DNA of 64,000 bases from Octopus vulgaris (lineage: Eukaryota): contig OX597832.1 in the NCBI GenBank assembly GCA_951406725.2, positions 1,922,001-1,986,000 on the forward strand, given 5' to 3'. A model generated the notes under the pieces. It saw only the letters and a list, made by a program, of their open reading frames with translations. It made no database searches and was not told where the DNA came from. Made by a program: the position numbers and the translations under genes. How positions within the stretch are numbered: the first letter of the stretch is position 1; the number at the start of each line of letters is the position of its first letter. Positions 27,060 through 41,133 of the stretch are shown here, piece by piece.

Positions 27060-27870
27060 GCGGTGGAGGGAAATGTGGAATGACGTGGGCATGAAGCAAG
27101 TGACCTTTTGGTTTTTCTTCATCTTCACTACTGTAAGTATGTCAGTGTTTGTGTGTATGTTTATAATCTTGTTTATGTGTGTATTTTTGTTTGATGTGAG
27201 GTGGGTTGGAGAGCTTTCCTTGTTTTCCCCTAGGGTGGTTAATGTCTTTGGTGTTGTTGCTGGTGGTTCTGCCGGTTCTGGTGTTGTTTGTGGTCCTCGT
27301 CCCAGCGTAGGCAGCAGTGGAGGCCTTTGACCCCTTGCACTTTGTACCAGTTGGTACAAAGTGCAAGCTCGCAAATGCGTCGTTTCTCCACCAAACAATG
27401 CGGTCTTTTGCTCTCAGTCATTATGTATATCACCTTTCCGTTTGGTGATGGATGTGGTCCGGGATTTTTTTTTTTTCGGGTCTGATCTACAAAAGTATCT
27501 CCCGGTCAGTCCCGGACCAGTCTTCCCTGGCAGTCTTTGTCACCTCTATCGGAACAGTATCCGTCCCCTCCACGATTACGCATCCCGGAAGCCACCAAAT
27601 ATCAAGTCCTGATGGAGTCCTAGGAATGCAGACACGTACTGTACGTTTCCCCATGAGGGAGGGGCATATAATGACTTTGCTAGTTTTGCAAGGGGTCACT
27701 GAATGTTTCATAGTGAGGGCTTCTGATTTAAACAGCATCAAAATGGTGCCGTTTTGTTTGCCCCTCGTTACGTACTCGATGTCATCTCTAATACACCTCA
27801 TTTCTGCCTTAATATCTATTGTTGTTGTTGTTGTTGTTTTCCTACCAGTAATTTCAAATAGAACAAGCTG
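27060..27870 (-). mobile_element. Probable Tx1/L1 ORF1 fragment
   Basis: MGKRTVRVCIPRTPSGLDIWWL resembles the ORF1 region at ~6780 (GRRVTKITI..VPPEVDTQWL). P/T-rich tail. Confidence 0.5.
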
Positions 27871-28077
27871 AATTGCTTCTTTTCAAAGCAGCGCTCCCAG
27901 TATCGTTTGACCTCTCCTAACCTAAAGGGTGCGAAGAGTCTTTTGTCTCTATGGCTGACCTCCCCACCATCTGCCGAATCTATTTATAGACCTGTAGAAT
28001 ATGACCTCTTAACAAAATGCTACCCAACTTTTCCCAAAAACAATGGTGGTGGTAGTGGCGATGGTGATAATGATAAA

Positions 28078-28156
<79 letters not shown>
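28078..28156. repeat. (AAT)n microsatellite upstream of Dong element B
   Basis: Direct reading. Confidence 0.95.
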
Positions 28157-28359
28157 TACTGCTGCAGCTGATGATAATACTTAATACTACTAACACTACA
28201 TTAACACTACAACTTCTACTATTATGATAGCACTGGAATCTGAGGCCCAACTACCACCCTTACCACTAACCCACCCACGTTACTGTTGCTGTTGCTGCAA
28301 ACACTGCTGCGACTACACATAAAAATAATAATATCAGTGATATCAGTGATGGTGATGGT

Positions 28360-30962
28360 GACAGCGTTACACTCTGTAGGCTCAGAGATTCTGTTCCAGC
28401 TCCAGCCTGTCGATATCGGGAAAGGGACCACCACACATGGCGTAGATGGAGCAAGCAAATTAATGCTGTGGTCATGGACTGTTACTGCCTGAGCAACCCG
28501 GTAGATGAAAATGGTGCTCAAATTAGGGGTTACCGACAACGTATGTATGATCATTGGAGAGAAAAGGGATTGTTTCAACTCATGGAACAGAGATTATGAT
28601 CAAGCTAGAACAATAAGGAAAAAGTGTTGGTTCATAGAAGTAGAGCTCGAAGCTATCAGAAGACGGAGAGCAGCAGAGATAACAATGAAAATACAGTTCT
28701 TACGAATAAGAGTCAGCCCACAGCACAGGAAAGGAGCAGTGGTAGTTTACTTGATGAGACACATATAGATGATATAACAAACAATAAAACTAAAAATAAA
28801 ACTAATGATGACATGACAGATGAACAAAAGGCAATCTATGACAATAAAGGCAAGACTACAGGAGAATGATAGCGACATTATTTGCAACCTTAAAAAGGTT
28901 GATCGATGGAAATTAAATCAGAAACGAAAAATATCAATGGAATTCTGAAGTACATCAGAACAAACAACATCACAGAAACAAATAATTTGACCAAGGCAGC
29001 AAGTATTGTTGCAGCAGAAAACGTGGGTGTTGGTGTCAAGAAAAAGAAACATAATGGGAGTGAGAAAAGAAGAGATCCATGGTGGAAAAGAAGAATCCAG
29101 GCAGGGTTAGACATGCTCTCGAAAGAAATCTCTGTTAGACCGAAAAGAGAAAAGGGAGTTAAAAAGCGAACAGAAATACAGGGCACTGAAAAGGAAGTAT
29201 AAAATTGAAAGAAGGGGCCTAAAAGTTGTAGTGGAGGAGCTGAAACAGCACCTCATTGCAAAGAAAGCAAAGATGGCAAGATACGACCAAAGAATGAGGA
29301 GTTACCACCAGAATAGGTTATTCAGAGTAGATCAGAAGAGATTCTATAAAGAAATAAATGGAGAGTGTACAGATGAAAAGTTGATACCAGATAACATTGA
29401 AAGTCAAAGGTTTTGGAGTGACATCTGGAGTAAAGTCAAGGAGAACAAGAAGGATGCTGAATGGTTGAAAGAACTGAAACAAATAGCAGTCTGTCCAAAA
29501 CAGGCAGGACTAGTCATTTCAGTTAGGGAAGTGAAGGAAATTAGTAAAAAATTGAGGAAATGGAAGGCCCCGGGACCAGATAGAGTTCAAGGCTACTGGA
29601 TCAAAAGATTTGGTGAATGCCATGCATGAATAGCTGCGCAACTCAACACCTTGTTAAATGCCGACCAAGTAACACCAGAGTGGTTGACATTGGGGAGGAC
29701 AGTGCTGTGCCTGAAAAACATCGAAAAAGGCAATACGGTAGACAATTACGGGCCGATATCCTGTTTGCCACTTATGTGGAAGTTATTGACTAGAATACTC
29801 ACAGAGTCAATGTTCGAACATCTGGAGTCCTACCACATGAGCAGAAGGGTTGCAAACGTAAGTGTAGAGGTACCAAGGATCAACTCCTCATAGACAAAAC
29901 TGTACTTAGAGACTGCAAAAGGAGGAAAAGTAACTTAGCTATGTCATGTATCGACTATCGTAAGGCGTACTATATGATTCCACACTCTTGGATTATGGAG
30001 TGTATGAACCTATTTGATATTGCGTCGAATGTTGAGCGATTGCTTGGAAAAAGTATGGTGAATTGAAGGACGAACCTGACAGCATACGGAAGAAGTTTAA
30101 GGACAGTAGAAATTAGGATGGGCATCTTCCAAGGCCTGTCCCCACTGATCTTTGTACAGTGCTTGATACCACTAACACTGATTCCGAGGAAAGCAAAAGC
30201 TCGGCATGTATTCAAAAGCCACCAGCAAAAAGTCGACCATTTGTTATTCATGGATGACCTCAAACTTTATGGTAAAGATGAAGCCCAAGTCAGTTCCCTC
30301 ATTGATACGGTGTATCCTTCGGTGCTGATATCAGAATGGAGTTCGGACTGAGAAAGTGTGGTGTGTTTGTCTTGAAGAGAGGCAAAATCAAATGTATGGA
30401 CGGGTTAACGATACCGTCGGGGGAGGTTATGAAACAGATAGAACTGACGGGCTATAAGTACTTGGGGATTTGGAAAATGGATAAATTGATGGAGGAAGAA
30501 ATGACAGAAAAATTTAAAGTAGAGTACTTGCGCAGACTGAGACTGATCCTTAAGTCGAAATTGAACAGACGGAAACAGATCGAAGCTATCAACACCTGGG
30601 CGGGTTCACTCCTTAGATATGGAGCAGGGGTAATCGCATGGACAGTAGACGAACTAAACAGCTTAGACAAGGAAGTTGCTTACTAGATATGGGTCACTCC
30701 ACCAAAAATGTGACACAGACAGACTGTATGTACCAAGAAAAAGAGGTGGAAGAGGACTTATTGGATGTGAACACTGCATTAGAACACAAAGAAAACAACA
30801 TATCATGGTATGTAAAAAATAAAATAGAACCGCTATTATTAGAAGCAGGAAGGTCAAGTATGTGTAGGATGAAAGATTGCAAAGATAAAGCACTATACAA
30901 GAAATTGAAAATGAATGAAACTGAAAATAGGTGTGTAAAGAAAAGAATGCATGGTCAATTTC
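28360..30962 (+). mobile_element. Decayed R4/Dong-type element B (N-terminus and RT, 3'-truncated)
   Basis: RRWSKQINAVVMDCY...GYRQRMYDHW...DQARTIRKK, PWWKRRI, WKAPGPD, YGPISCL, GIFQG, FMDDLKL, YKYLG and HGQF, with many frameshifts. Confidence 0.88.
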
Positions 30963-31044
30963 AGTCGACCCCGAGTGCCGATACTGCAACGATGGGATTA
31001 AAACACTTAGCTTTGACTTCATTAGAAAACCAGGTACATACTTC

Positions 31045-31436
31045 ACAACCCCGTATGTCCGCGACATGGTGATCTCATATCAAGATAAATAAGCTATGAC
31101 TTTGCAAGTGGGGACCAGTTAAAATTTTCTTCAGGTCCATCGCGCTCAAATGGTCGTTGAATAATGGTTGTTTAAGGATGTTGAACGAAACACCATGTTT
31201 CCAGAGGTGAATTATTCAAAATTCAAAGAATTCCTCTCAAACATGGCTATGATACTCCCCTACTGCGCGTGATCAGAGATGCACATACCGTCATCCATCA
31301 AAGAACTTATTCAACTGGTTAAGGTCAAATAACTGACAAACAAATCTGTGGTATTGAGCACAATTTTTGCTGTAGCCCATCTTTTATAGCAAGACAAAAC
31401 AATGTACATGATAACACTTCCAATCAGTTAAGATCA
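31045..31436 (-). mobile_element. Partial copy of the 555-bp non-coding repeat seen at 53776-54330
   Basis: Clear similarity (GACATGGTGATCTCATATCAAGATAAA...CTTCCAATCAGTTAAGATCA), abutting (ATT)n. Confidence 0.85.
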
Positions 31437-31509
31437 TTATTATTTTTATTATTGTTATTATTATTATTGTTGTTGTTGTTGTTGTTGGTATTATTATTAT
31501 TATTATATA

Positions 31510-32130
31510 AGCTTGCAGAATCGTTAGTATGCCGGAAAAATGTTTAGCGGCATTTCGTCCATCTTTACGTTCTGAGTTCAAATGCTGCTGAGGTCGACTT
31601 TGCTTTTTATCCTTTCGGGTTCGATAAAATACGTACCAGTTGAGTACTTGGGTCGATGTAATCAACTTACCACTTGCCCCAAAATTCCTGGCCTTGTGCC
31701 AAAATTTGAAATCATTACTATTGTTGTTGATGTTGTTGCTATGGGCGATGGATTGATAGAGTCAATGGAATATCATACAAAATGCCATGTGGAATTTGTT
31801 CTTGCTTTTTATGTTCTAATTTCAAATCCTTTAGGTATTGATACACAAAAGTAATGTTCAAGTACTGTGGTCGATGATATCAACTCATCCCTCCCTAGAA
31901 GATCGCTGGAAACGTTCCTCAATTAGAAACATTTGTTATTATTAGAAGGTGCGTGGATTCAGCAAAATCCTTAGATCATTGTATATTCCGAAATTTCATC
32001 ACGCTAAAGTTAATTTTGCCTATTATTCCTCTGGAATTGGTAAAATAGAGTTCCAGTCAGGTACTGGAATCGATACAATCAACTAATCCTCTCCATAAAA
32101 TTACTGTCTTTGTGCCTAAATCAGGAACTA
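31510..32130 (+). mobile_element. Tandem SINE S1 copies (31510-31712 best preserved; older copies follow)
   Basis: GCAGAATCGTTAGTATGCCGG...GTCGACTTTGCTTTTTATCCTTTCGGG...GGCCTTGTGCCAAAATTTGAAA. Confidence 0.75.
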
Positions 32131-32488
32131 TTATTTTCTTTCCTTTTACTTGTTATCAAGTAGATATCGCTCTCACTTTTCATATACTTTTTTGTTCTTT
32201 TGCACATTTCCATTTTATTAATGTTCATATATTTCATTCATTAATATTCATGACGTTCAGAGCAGTGAAGGAGGATTTGGAGCATGGAATCGCTATTTCA
32301 TTGTTCTATATCTTTCATCGAATGATTATTGATAAAATAAATTCCAGTATTAAATCAATAATGTGGGTAATGTTGTGACTAAATTAATAGGCATGTTATG
32401 TTAATTTATTTACATATATGCAAAAGTGTATTACATTCATAAACTTCATCTTCGTCACATATTCAGTCACAAGAGCATACTTGTGTGA

Positions 32489-32536
<48 letters not shown>

Positions 32537-33819
32537 TTTTCAAACCAAAGAATGCTGTGGAGGTATCCTTCGGTTTGGTTTAGTGTGAGAGTTGCACACC
32601 TTTGCTACGTGTTCATTTCGATGTTCTCTGTTAACAACAGATATTAGTGTAGTCTACAAGATGGCACTTGTTAAAGGATAATTGCATTCCTGAAGTGCTA
32701 CACATAGACGAGATAAATAAATTATAGTAAGCAATCCACTAAATCGTTGGTTCATCGTGATTGAAATCATGAGACACAGGATAAATTTCTTACTTTTGAA
32801 AGTTAAAGGTAAGTTTGAGTACAATAATGGAATCAAACGAAACATACTTCAACGAAATTATTTCTATTATTTGTGTCCGGAAAATTCGCCGTAATTATTC
32901 TTGCCCTGAGAAAATTTGCCATAGAAAAATTCGATATAAGACAATGTCACCGTTTGGGCAATGATAAAGAGTATTATATAAGCAAAATATCTGGGCTGAA
33001 TTTGAAAGTACTGTCGCAAGCCCAATCCTCCTTATTCTCATGGTCAACTAACCCCATTTATTCTCAAGGTCATCTAACCCCATTTCAGCATCATATTCAC
33101 CACTATCGTATAATAAAAATTACTCACCAGTTTCATGAAAATTTATATTCTTCCCGAATTTTAAACCCACTTTTGGTTGGTATAGGAGGTTCTTGGTTCT
33201 TCTTTTACCCCCAGCTTCTGATGCGAAACAAATGAGTTAAAGGTGGAATCGGGGATAAAGCGTTCTTATCTAAATTTGATGAAACATTTGCAATTAACAA
33301 TAATTCAGGAGTTAGTGAATTAGTAGCTGATGATTTTAATTTCACTTTTGCTTCATAGACTTTTGGTTTCGAGGGTTGAGATGGATGACGATGCACATAT
33401 TGATAAATTATTATCTTCCAGCACGCAATACACTCTCTTGTTTTACACTTTATTTTCAGTTTCCGAAACGTTTCTTCACTGTATTTTCTATCTATTTGAT
33501 AAACATAGTCCAAATCATCCACTAATTTCATACCAATTTTCAATCATACTACTGAAGGAAAAACAGAGCTGAAAGAAAAATATGGGCAAAGCAAAACTTT
33601 CAAAGAGTTGATGTGCTGAGTAGAAAGAAAGAAATTAGGATTACTACCTGACTGTGGTAGGAGTGGACACAATATGGGATTGCAATAAAAAGGTTGTGAC
33701 ATTCATGTCTTTCTGAACTTTATTCGTAGTATGATTGAAAATTGCATGCTTAAGATTTAATGTATACGATAACTTTGAAGTATATTTTTACCATTATGCT
33801 TCGCAAGTTTGGATAACTA

Positions 33820-34967
33820 TACGAGATGGTATCAAAACATTCCCTGACTATTGTGTAGCGCACCAACTGACGGCAGCACACGATTGTGTGCGCAGTGAGA
33901 ACTAGCAATGACCTTCATGAGGCAGTGTTCCGAGTGTCATCGCAGTATTTACTTCGCAAATGGTGAAATTTGTGTTTTTGTGATCATGTGTATGCTGTAC
34001 TCTGCTATTTTCTCATGAACAGGAACAAAGAGCCAACGTGAAATTTTGCGTTAAACTTGAGAGGTTTGCTCCAGAGATATTGAGCAAGATTCGGTCAGCT
34101 TGCGGCGACGAGACAATGGGTCGTACACAATGTTTTCAGTGGCACACCTGTGCTTCAAAAGAGGAATAACGTCCCTGGAAGACAATGAGCGATCTGGAAG
34201 ATATGCCAGGAGCGTCACCCCCGGAAATGTAAAAAAAGGTAAAGTTACCTTCTTGAGTCGTGCCGACTTATGAGGACCGGTTTCCTGGGTTCCATGGCGT
34301 ATAAATCCTCCACTTGGATAGGACGCTGGTCCGTCGCAGGATTACTCATTTTTGAAAGCTGAGTGGACTGGAGCAACGTGAAATGAAGTGTTTTGCTTAA
34401 GAAATGTCGCCCTGTCCAGGAATCAAAACCATAATCTTACGACCATGAGTCCAACACCCTATTGTGCATCGAGAATTCGTTCCCCGGGGCCAGACCATCA
34501 ATCGAGGGTTCTACTGCGACGTTTTGAAGCCTTTGAGGGAGGACATTCGGCGAAAGCGACCGGATGTGTGGAGCGCGAAGAATTGGATATTTCACAACAA
34601 TGCTTCCTGTCATCGAGTTCTCCTCACTCGTGAGTTGCTCGCCACAAACAATATGATATTGCTTCTGCATCCGTCCTATTCACCAGATTTAGCACCTGCT
34701 GACTTCCATCTCTTCCCCAAGATGAAAATGCAGCTCAAAGGTCGCCGTTTTAACACCGTTGTCGAGAACCAGAGCGAATCGCAGAAGGTCCTCGACTTGA
34801 TTACGGAAAACGACTTTCAGATCGGATTCCAAAAGTGGCAGGAACGCTGGGACTGGTGTATTGCTGTGCAAGGTGACTATTTCGAAGGAGCTGATGCTAA
34901 AACTTAGGTAAATAAATGATTTTTTAAAATAAAAATTACAAGTCCTGGAACTCTTGAATACCACCGT
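33820..34967 (+). mobile_element. Decayed mariner (Tc1/mariner) transposon with TIRs
   Basis: TIRs TACGAGATGGTATCAAAACATTCCCTGACT and AGTCCTGGAACTCTTGAATACCACCG. EQRANVKFCVKL N-terminus, HPSYSPDLAPADF and GDYFEG. Confidence 0.9.
34232..34460 (-). mobile_element. tRNA-derived SINE family S3 inserted in the mariner
   Basis: Minus strand: tRNA-like head (GGTTTTGATTCCTGG B-box-like), core TTGCTCCAGTCCACTCAGCT and tail ending ACCTTT. It occupies the missing central part of the transposase. Confidence 0.65.
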
Positions 34968-35291
34968 GGGAACTGAAGAATCCGATAATTTTTTAGGTAA
35001 GTCCTTCGTCAGATATAGACAGACAGACGGAGACAGAAATAGACAGACAGACAGATAGACAGACAAACAGATAGACAGACAAACAGATAGACAGACAAAC
35101 AGAGATAGACAAATACAATCATTTAGAAGATGTTTATGGTAGCATTGTTTATATAGTTATGAAGAATCTGCAGAAAAGAAAGTAGATATAAAAATAAGGG
35201 ATAGAGGAATTAGTTAGGCAAAAAAAGGGTTGTAGGACGTCAGAGTTTTTACAGTTATTACATTAGTGAATCGAACCGACCTATAGGAGTG

Positions 35292-35382
<91 letters not shown>

Positions 35383-35385
<3 letters not shown>

Positions 35386-35765
35386 GCAGGAGTGGCTATG
35401 TGTTAAAAAGCTTGCTTCCCAACCACATGGTTCCGGGTTCAGTCCTAATGTGTGGCACCTTGGGTAAGTGTCTTTTACTATAACCTCGGGCCGACCAAAG
35501 CCTTGTGAATGGATTTGGTAGACGGAAACTGAAAGAAGCCCGTCGTATATACATACATATATGTATGAAGTATTTGTGTGTCTGTGATTCTGGGTTTGTC
35601 CCCCAACCGAATTTGGTGTGTTTACATCCCTGTTTTGCTTAAGAGACCGGGGGAATAAGTATTAGACTTACAAAGAATAAGTTCTGGGGTCGATTCGTTC
35701 CACTGAAGGCGGTGCTCCAGCACGGCCGCAGTCAAATGACTGAAGCAAGTAAAAGAATAAAAGCA
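35383..35765 (+). mobile_element. SINE S2, full-length, immediately after (TA)n
   Basis: GTCGCAGGAGTGGCT...GGTTCCGGGTTCAG...TTGGGTAAGTG...GGCCGCAGTCAAATGACTGAAGCAAGTAAAAG. Confidence 0.8.
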
Positions 35766-36574
35766 TACCGTTACGTCTACTCAGTGATGCTCACACAGAC
35801 AATTATATGTGCACTTATGCCAAAACATTGATACACAAAATTACTGAGGTTTCGTTGTTTTATCTTTTGCTTTAGTCACACACTTTCCTGGGTGTGTAAA
35901 GCTCATAAACCCATTCAACACTTGACCTGTACTCATTTAATCGATATTACAAAATAAATTCAGGACCTAAAGAAACATAACTAAATATATTATCGATTTG
36001 GTCATCATTACCACTATGCCTAAATTGACGGTATGGCTAGAACTGAAACTAAGAGATTAAAACTGAATAACTCATTACAATTAAGCTGACTTGATAGAAA
36101 AATCTATATCTTTTCAAATGAAAGCATAGAGACAAGTATCCTATATGAACACATTCTAGCACGAAACATGCGGCAAATTTTGCGTGCACATGATGTACGC
36201 CTGCACACATACACACGTACACACTTCACACACATGTACACATTCACTTATACACACGCACACACCTACACACATACACACACTCACAAGCACACACACA
36301 AACACACACACACATACACACATAAGCTTTCTCATAAAATGTAAAAGTACCAATATTTTGAAAACAATATGGTATAGCTGATCGAAACAATCTCAGGATA
36401 TTACTGATATTGGTACTCGAATCCTGAATACCAGTCGACCTCAGCAAACTCCAAACTCAGAATTTAGACAGTTTTTGAAATACATAAATAACATTGTTCC
36501 ATGATCGCTCATCGAACATCCAAATATAAGCTGATTTGATAGACGTTACAAATAATTCAAACCTACTCAACAAA

Positions 36575-37558
36575 TTGAGAGCCTAAATAATAGTTTGCCT
36601 TCAAACATTTTAACTCTGCAGATGCCTTTAACGAATAGTGATTTCCATTATTCTTACACATTGGAAGTAGGCAACGGAATGGGGGAAAATGGCCCCAATA
36701 ACGTAAGCAAAGACACACCGAAATTATTTTCTAGATATCCAGTGTTAGCCCACCTATTTCCCCCAGGCCCCACTATATACAACTATATACAACTATATGA
36801 ATTTGGCTATTTGCTTATATTTCCTAACGTAATCATATAATTATTGTAATTAATGTTTTACTACAATATTTTGTATATTCTATACTATATAGTGGCAGTG
36901 ATTAGCAGAATTGGTAGAGTACCGAACAAATATTGCATTATTAAGTTACATCCCTTTACCTCCTGATGTCCACTTTGCCTTTCATTTTTCTGTGGAATAG
37001 CAGAATCCCTATCGTTGCACAAAGTGCCTTGCAGTATCTGTTCTAACTTGAAATGCCACCGAAGTCAACTTTGTCTTTCAACCTTCCGTGGACGAGAAAA
37101 TAAAATACCATTAATCACTTGGGTCAAAATAATCGATTATACCGCTCATTATTTATGTAATTTACGTCAATATATTGTATGCTAACATGTAAAAAGTTAA
37201 AAGCGAATTGGAAAAGTAATTTCTAAACGGATTACCATTTGTAAAAGTTAGTTTTAATCAGATTACCTTATAAAGAAAAATAATTTTAACCGGATTATTT
37301 CATGAAAAAAATTGATTTTTATTCGAGTTTTACATACCGAAGCAATCAGATTGTTTGAGAGCCTAAATAATAGTTTGCCTTCAAACATTTTAACTCTGCA
37401 GATGCTTTTAACGAATAGTGATTTCCATTATTCTTACACATTGGAAGTAGGTAACGGAATGGGAAAAAGTGGCCCCAATAACTTAAACAAAGACACACCG
37501 AAATTATTTTCTACATATTCAGTGTTTGCCCACCTATTTTCCCCCAGGCCCCACTATA
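36575..37558. repeat. Pair of ~203-bp direct repeats (36575-36777 and 37355-37558)
   Basis: TTGAGAGCCTAAATAATAG...CAGGCCCCACTATA occurs twice with scattered substitutions. Confidence 0.9.
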
Positions 37559-40547
37559 AAGTTCCAGAAAAATGTATGCCTCACCGTTGGTTGGGTAAAC
37601 GTATAGACATTGTGTTTTTGCTGTTAAATTAATATTTTCACAATTCTATATCACACTAAAATAAAAGACAAATATGTGGATCCCACGCTCGACGTTGAGT
37701 ATCATTGGAGTTTACTACATGAAAATAACGTAGAATTAACAGTTAAACAAGTTTAAAATCCAACAAAAATTAATTGATTTGTACATGATCTCCCCACTAT
37801 CCCATTGCTGCCTACCATCCAAACGTGGCAATGGCAATAATATTATTGCTGTCAACATTATATTTTGAAATTAACACAAGTCTCAAAACAGGCTAAGGAA
37901 CCAAGCTAAACATAAAAAAACAACAAAAAATATGCAGAAATCATCGATAAATTAAGGACCAGAGAAACACTGGGGTTGATGTAATTGACTAGTCCCCTTC
38001 CTCCAAATTGCAGGCTTTGTGCCTTCAGCAGAAATAATTACTTATTATTTTATTTGCTTCTACTTAAACCGTTCCAAAATAATTGTTTCATGTTCTCCAG
38101 AAGTTTCTAAACTCTTATGGCGTCAACATACAATTCTCGCTGGTAAGAATAAAATTTCTAAAAGGGATAGAGAAATTCAAAGGATTGCTCTGATCCAATG
38201 GTAGAGCGCCTATCATGCTTACATGAGATGAGGGTTTGAGTCCCACAGGCAGACTTCGATTTTTCCTATCCAAAATGTTCTTTTTATCTCAATATTTGCA
38301 AGCTATTGTTTATAGTTATATGTGCTTCGTCTTAAACCATTGCAAAAAAGAATTATTACGTTTATTTTCTGATTATGTGATGTATGTTGGCTACTTTATT
38401 TTGGTAAGTCATGTCTAGTTAGTCTGTAATGTTATTAGATTTTAAAATATTGGTTCCTTTTGATTTTGGCTGATCGTTGAGATGGGAATACTAATAAGTA
38501 GACAATGGGGGTCTTTCTGTTTATTGTTCTATGTATGTACGTACGTGCGCGCGCGTGTGTGTGTGATTTGAAAGTATGTTTATATTGTTTTCTCCTAAAT
38601 CAGTTCTGACTGGGAAAACATACGACACACAAGTGGTCAGCCAAGTTTCGAGATGCGAATCACAGACATAGTTTCAGCATGAGGGGGTCGATACTATGTG
38701 GCACGGTGTTTTAGCCGGAACATGTACTAATTTCACTGTCTGTTCTATTTCTGAATGCCTGTATAAGTGCCACATATGTTGAAGTGCAACAGATGGACTC
38801 GGTCAGAGTTGTAGTTCCTTTGTGTACATCCTAGTATAGTGTTAACGATACTATTAAGGTTGCTGCTCTTCTTTTATATTTTGGGGGGGGGGTGCTTGTT
38901 TGGATACACTGAGAGAGATAACGCTTTCAGGGTAATGTTGTAGTTATTTTACCATTTCTCAAATTGTGTACGAGTGCAACCAAATGACCAAATATGCATT
39001 GTTTGAGACATTTAGGGTTGAAAAACTCAACAATCTTGAAATTAGTCTATTTTAAGTTCGTTGCAATCTATCTTTTGTATTTTGTTTATAATCTGAAGTT
39101 AACTGCATTTGTATCATCATAACTTCAAAACGTTTGTGGCGCTCTAAATGCATAGATTTTCCTATTAACTGTTTGTTTGATTTCCCAAGAATGGCGACTC
39201 TTTGCTCATCTTCAACTTCTTTATTTTCTTCGTTATTTTCCTGGAAAGGGATTTTGTTGTCGTTCAGAAGAAATTATTAACCCTAACTCGTTTTCGCTGT
39301 TTTATGCTGTCTTTATTTCTGTGATTTTTTTGCTTGTTTTTTGTTTTTCGTGTTTTCACAAATTGCTTATGGGCTTTCATCTGCAATTTATTGTTTCTTA
39401 GTCATCACATGACGATGGCGTGGTAGGGAGATGGTTTCTCATCTGTTTCTAATACTGAGCATAGAGTTAATTCAGCTGACATCCCCGAGTTACAGTTGGT
39501 GGTGCTCTGGAAAAAAGAAGTTTCTGTTTTTGCAGTTTCTCATTGTTTTCGTGTTTCATTTTTTTCTTTGTTTACCAGTTCTTCCATGTATTCAGCTCTG
39601 AGGTGAGTTTAGTTCGACAAATGTAGCAGCTAGATTCTCTGCCCTATAGCATTAATTTCATGCTCTGTGATTCAACACATTCTATTAGACACACCGTCAG
39701 TCTCATATGTACCTTTATGCTCATGGGTGGAAACACAACAGGAATTACCTTGAGGTTTTGTGGGGTATTGAGAATTTGCAAGTCCATAGTGACCTCTCGA
39801 GATCAGGTGCCGTTCCCCATCACTTTACTCTCATAACTTGTCCATTTTATACCACAATGATGACAATGCACTGGCAGTGCCCATCACAGTACCCTTGTGT
39901 TACGTTGACCCATGTACTATGGTATAAATGTATGAATGCATGTGAATCATACTTTTTCAACCCGTGTCAGCTTTGTGCTCATTCCTAAAAAGGAAGCAGA
40001 CTGTACCGTACATTTTACGTTGTTCAGTATAGTAACTTGTTTTATTTCATCTTTTGAGACTCATACAAAGCTCTTGCCTTTTTTTTTTTGCGAGGCATAA
40101 GTACATCACCATAAGCACGTCCCGTTCCCGCTTTTGGAGAAATTCTTAGGCAAACAGTTTCTTGCAATAAATCCCGTCAAACTTGCGTCTCTAACGCGGA
40201 CCAGCTCACGCCCACAGCTCCCTGTTAGTGAACGTGTATGTAAACAATTGTTGCCATTGATATTGTTGCCCAGGTCTTCACAACTGTCATTTATTTCAAT
40301 TTCAACATTATTTTTTTTAAATGTTAGTAATTTCATTATCATATTTCAAAATATTTTCAAGTGTTGTCAGTCGTCTGTGTAAATGTTTTTAATCATTGAG
40401 TGCATGTGTCTGGTTAACGCTTTGTATTGAATATCAGCTAGCGAAGAAGATAGTTTTCAAAATAGCTTTTTTCCCGTAAATATGGCAGAAAAGGGATAAC
40501 GGGAAGCCTTCATCCCCTTGGCAAGCAAAGAAGCAACAGCAGCAACA

Positions 40548-41047
40548 ATGGTTCCAAGGCCAGTAATTTTTAGGGGTGAGGTAAGGCGATTCCATCGACA
40601 CTATCACCTTGGTGGTACATTATTTTATTGATCTGAAAAAAGGAATGGTAAAGTTGATCTCGCGGGATTTGAACTTAAAATGTAAAGAACCAGAAGAAAT
40701 ACCATAAGTTATTTTTTTCGAAGCTCAAGCGATTCCACTAGCTCACCGGCGTAAAGCTGCAAAAAAGGCCGCTAAGCATTTTTTTCCGGCATGTTAACGA
40801 TTTCGCCTGATGGATGCCAGAATAGTAACAAGTGTTTCTAATTTTGACACGTGGTCAGTAATTCTAGGGAGAAGGGATTAGTCGATTACATTGACCCTAT
40901 GCTCAAAAAGTGCTTATTTCATTGATTCTGAAAGGATGAAAAGCAAAGTTGACGTCGGCGAAATTTCAAGTGAGAACGTAAAGAGTCTGAAGAAATACTG
41001 CTAAGCATTTTGTCCGACGTGCTAACGATTCAACCAGCTCACTGCCC
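40548..41047 (-). mobile_element. Tandem SINE S1 copies
   Basis: Reverse-complement cores (GAAAGGATGAAAAGCAAAGTTGAC). The 5' head abuts the (TAA)n tract at 41048. Confidence 0.78.
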
Positions 41048-41115
<68 letters not shown>

Positions 41116-41133
41116 GTAATAATAATAATAATA
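41048..41133. repeat. (TAA)n tract, target of Dong element C
   Basis: Direct reading. Confidence 0.97.

Noticed and set aside
26796-27398. 200-aa ORF
   Set aside because: It is a chance fusion of a LINE ORF1 relic and a Penelope fragment.
33527-33750. ~25-bp inverted repeats (possible MITE)
   Set aside because: No TSD or second copy could be established.
38600-40440. Possible old retroelement or host exon sequence
   Set aside because: No recognisable domain motifs or convincing splice structure.
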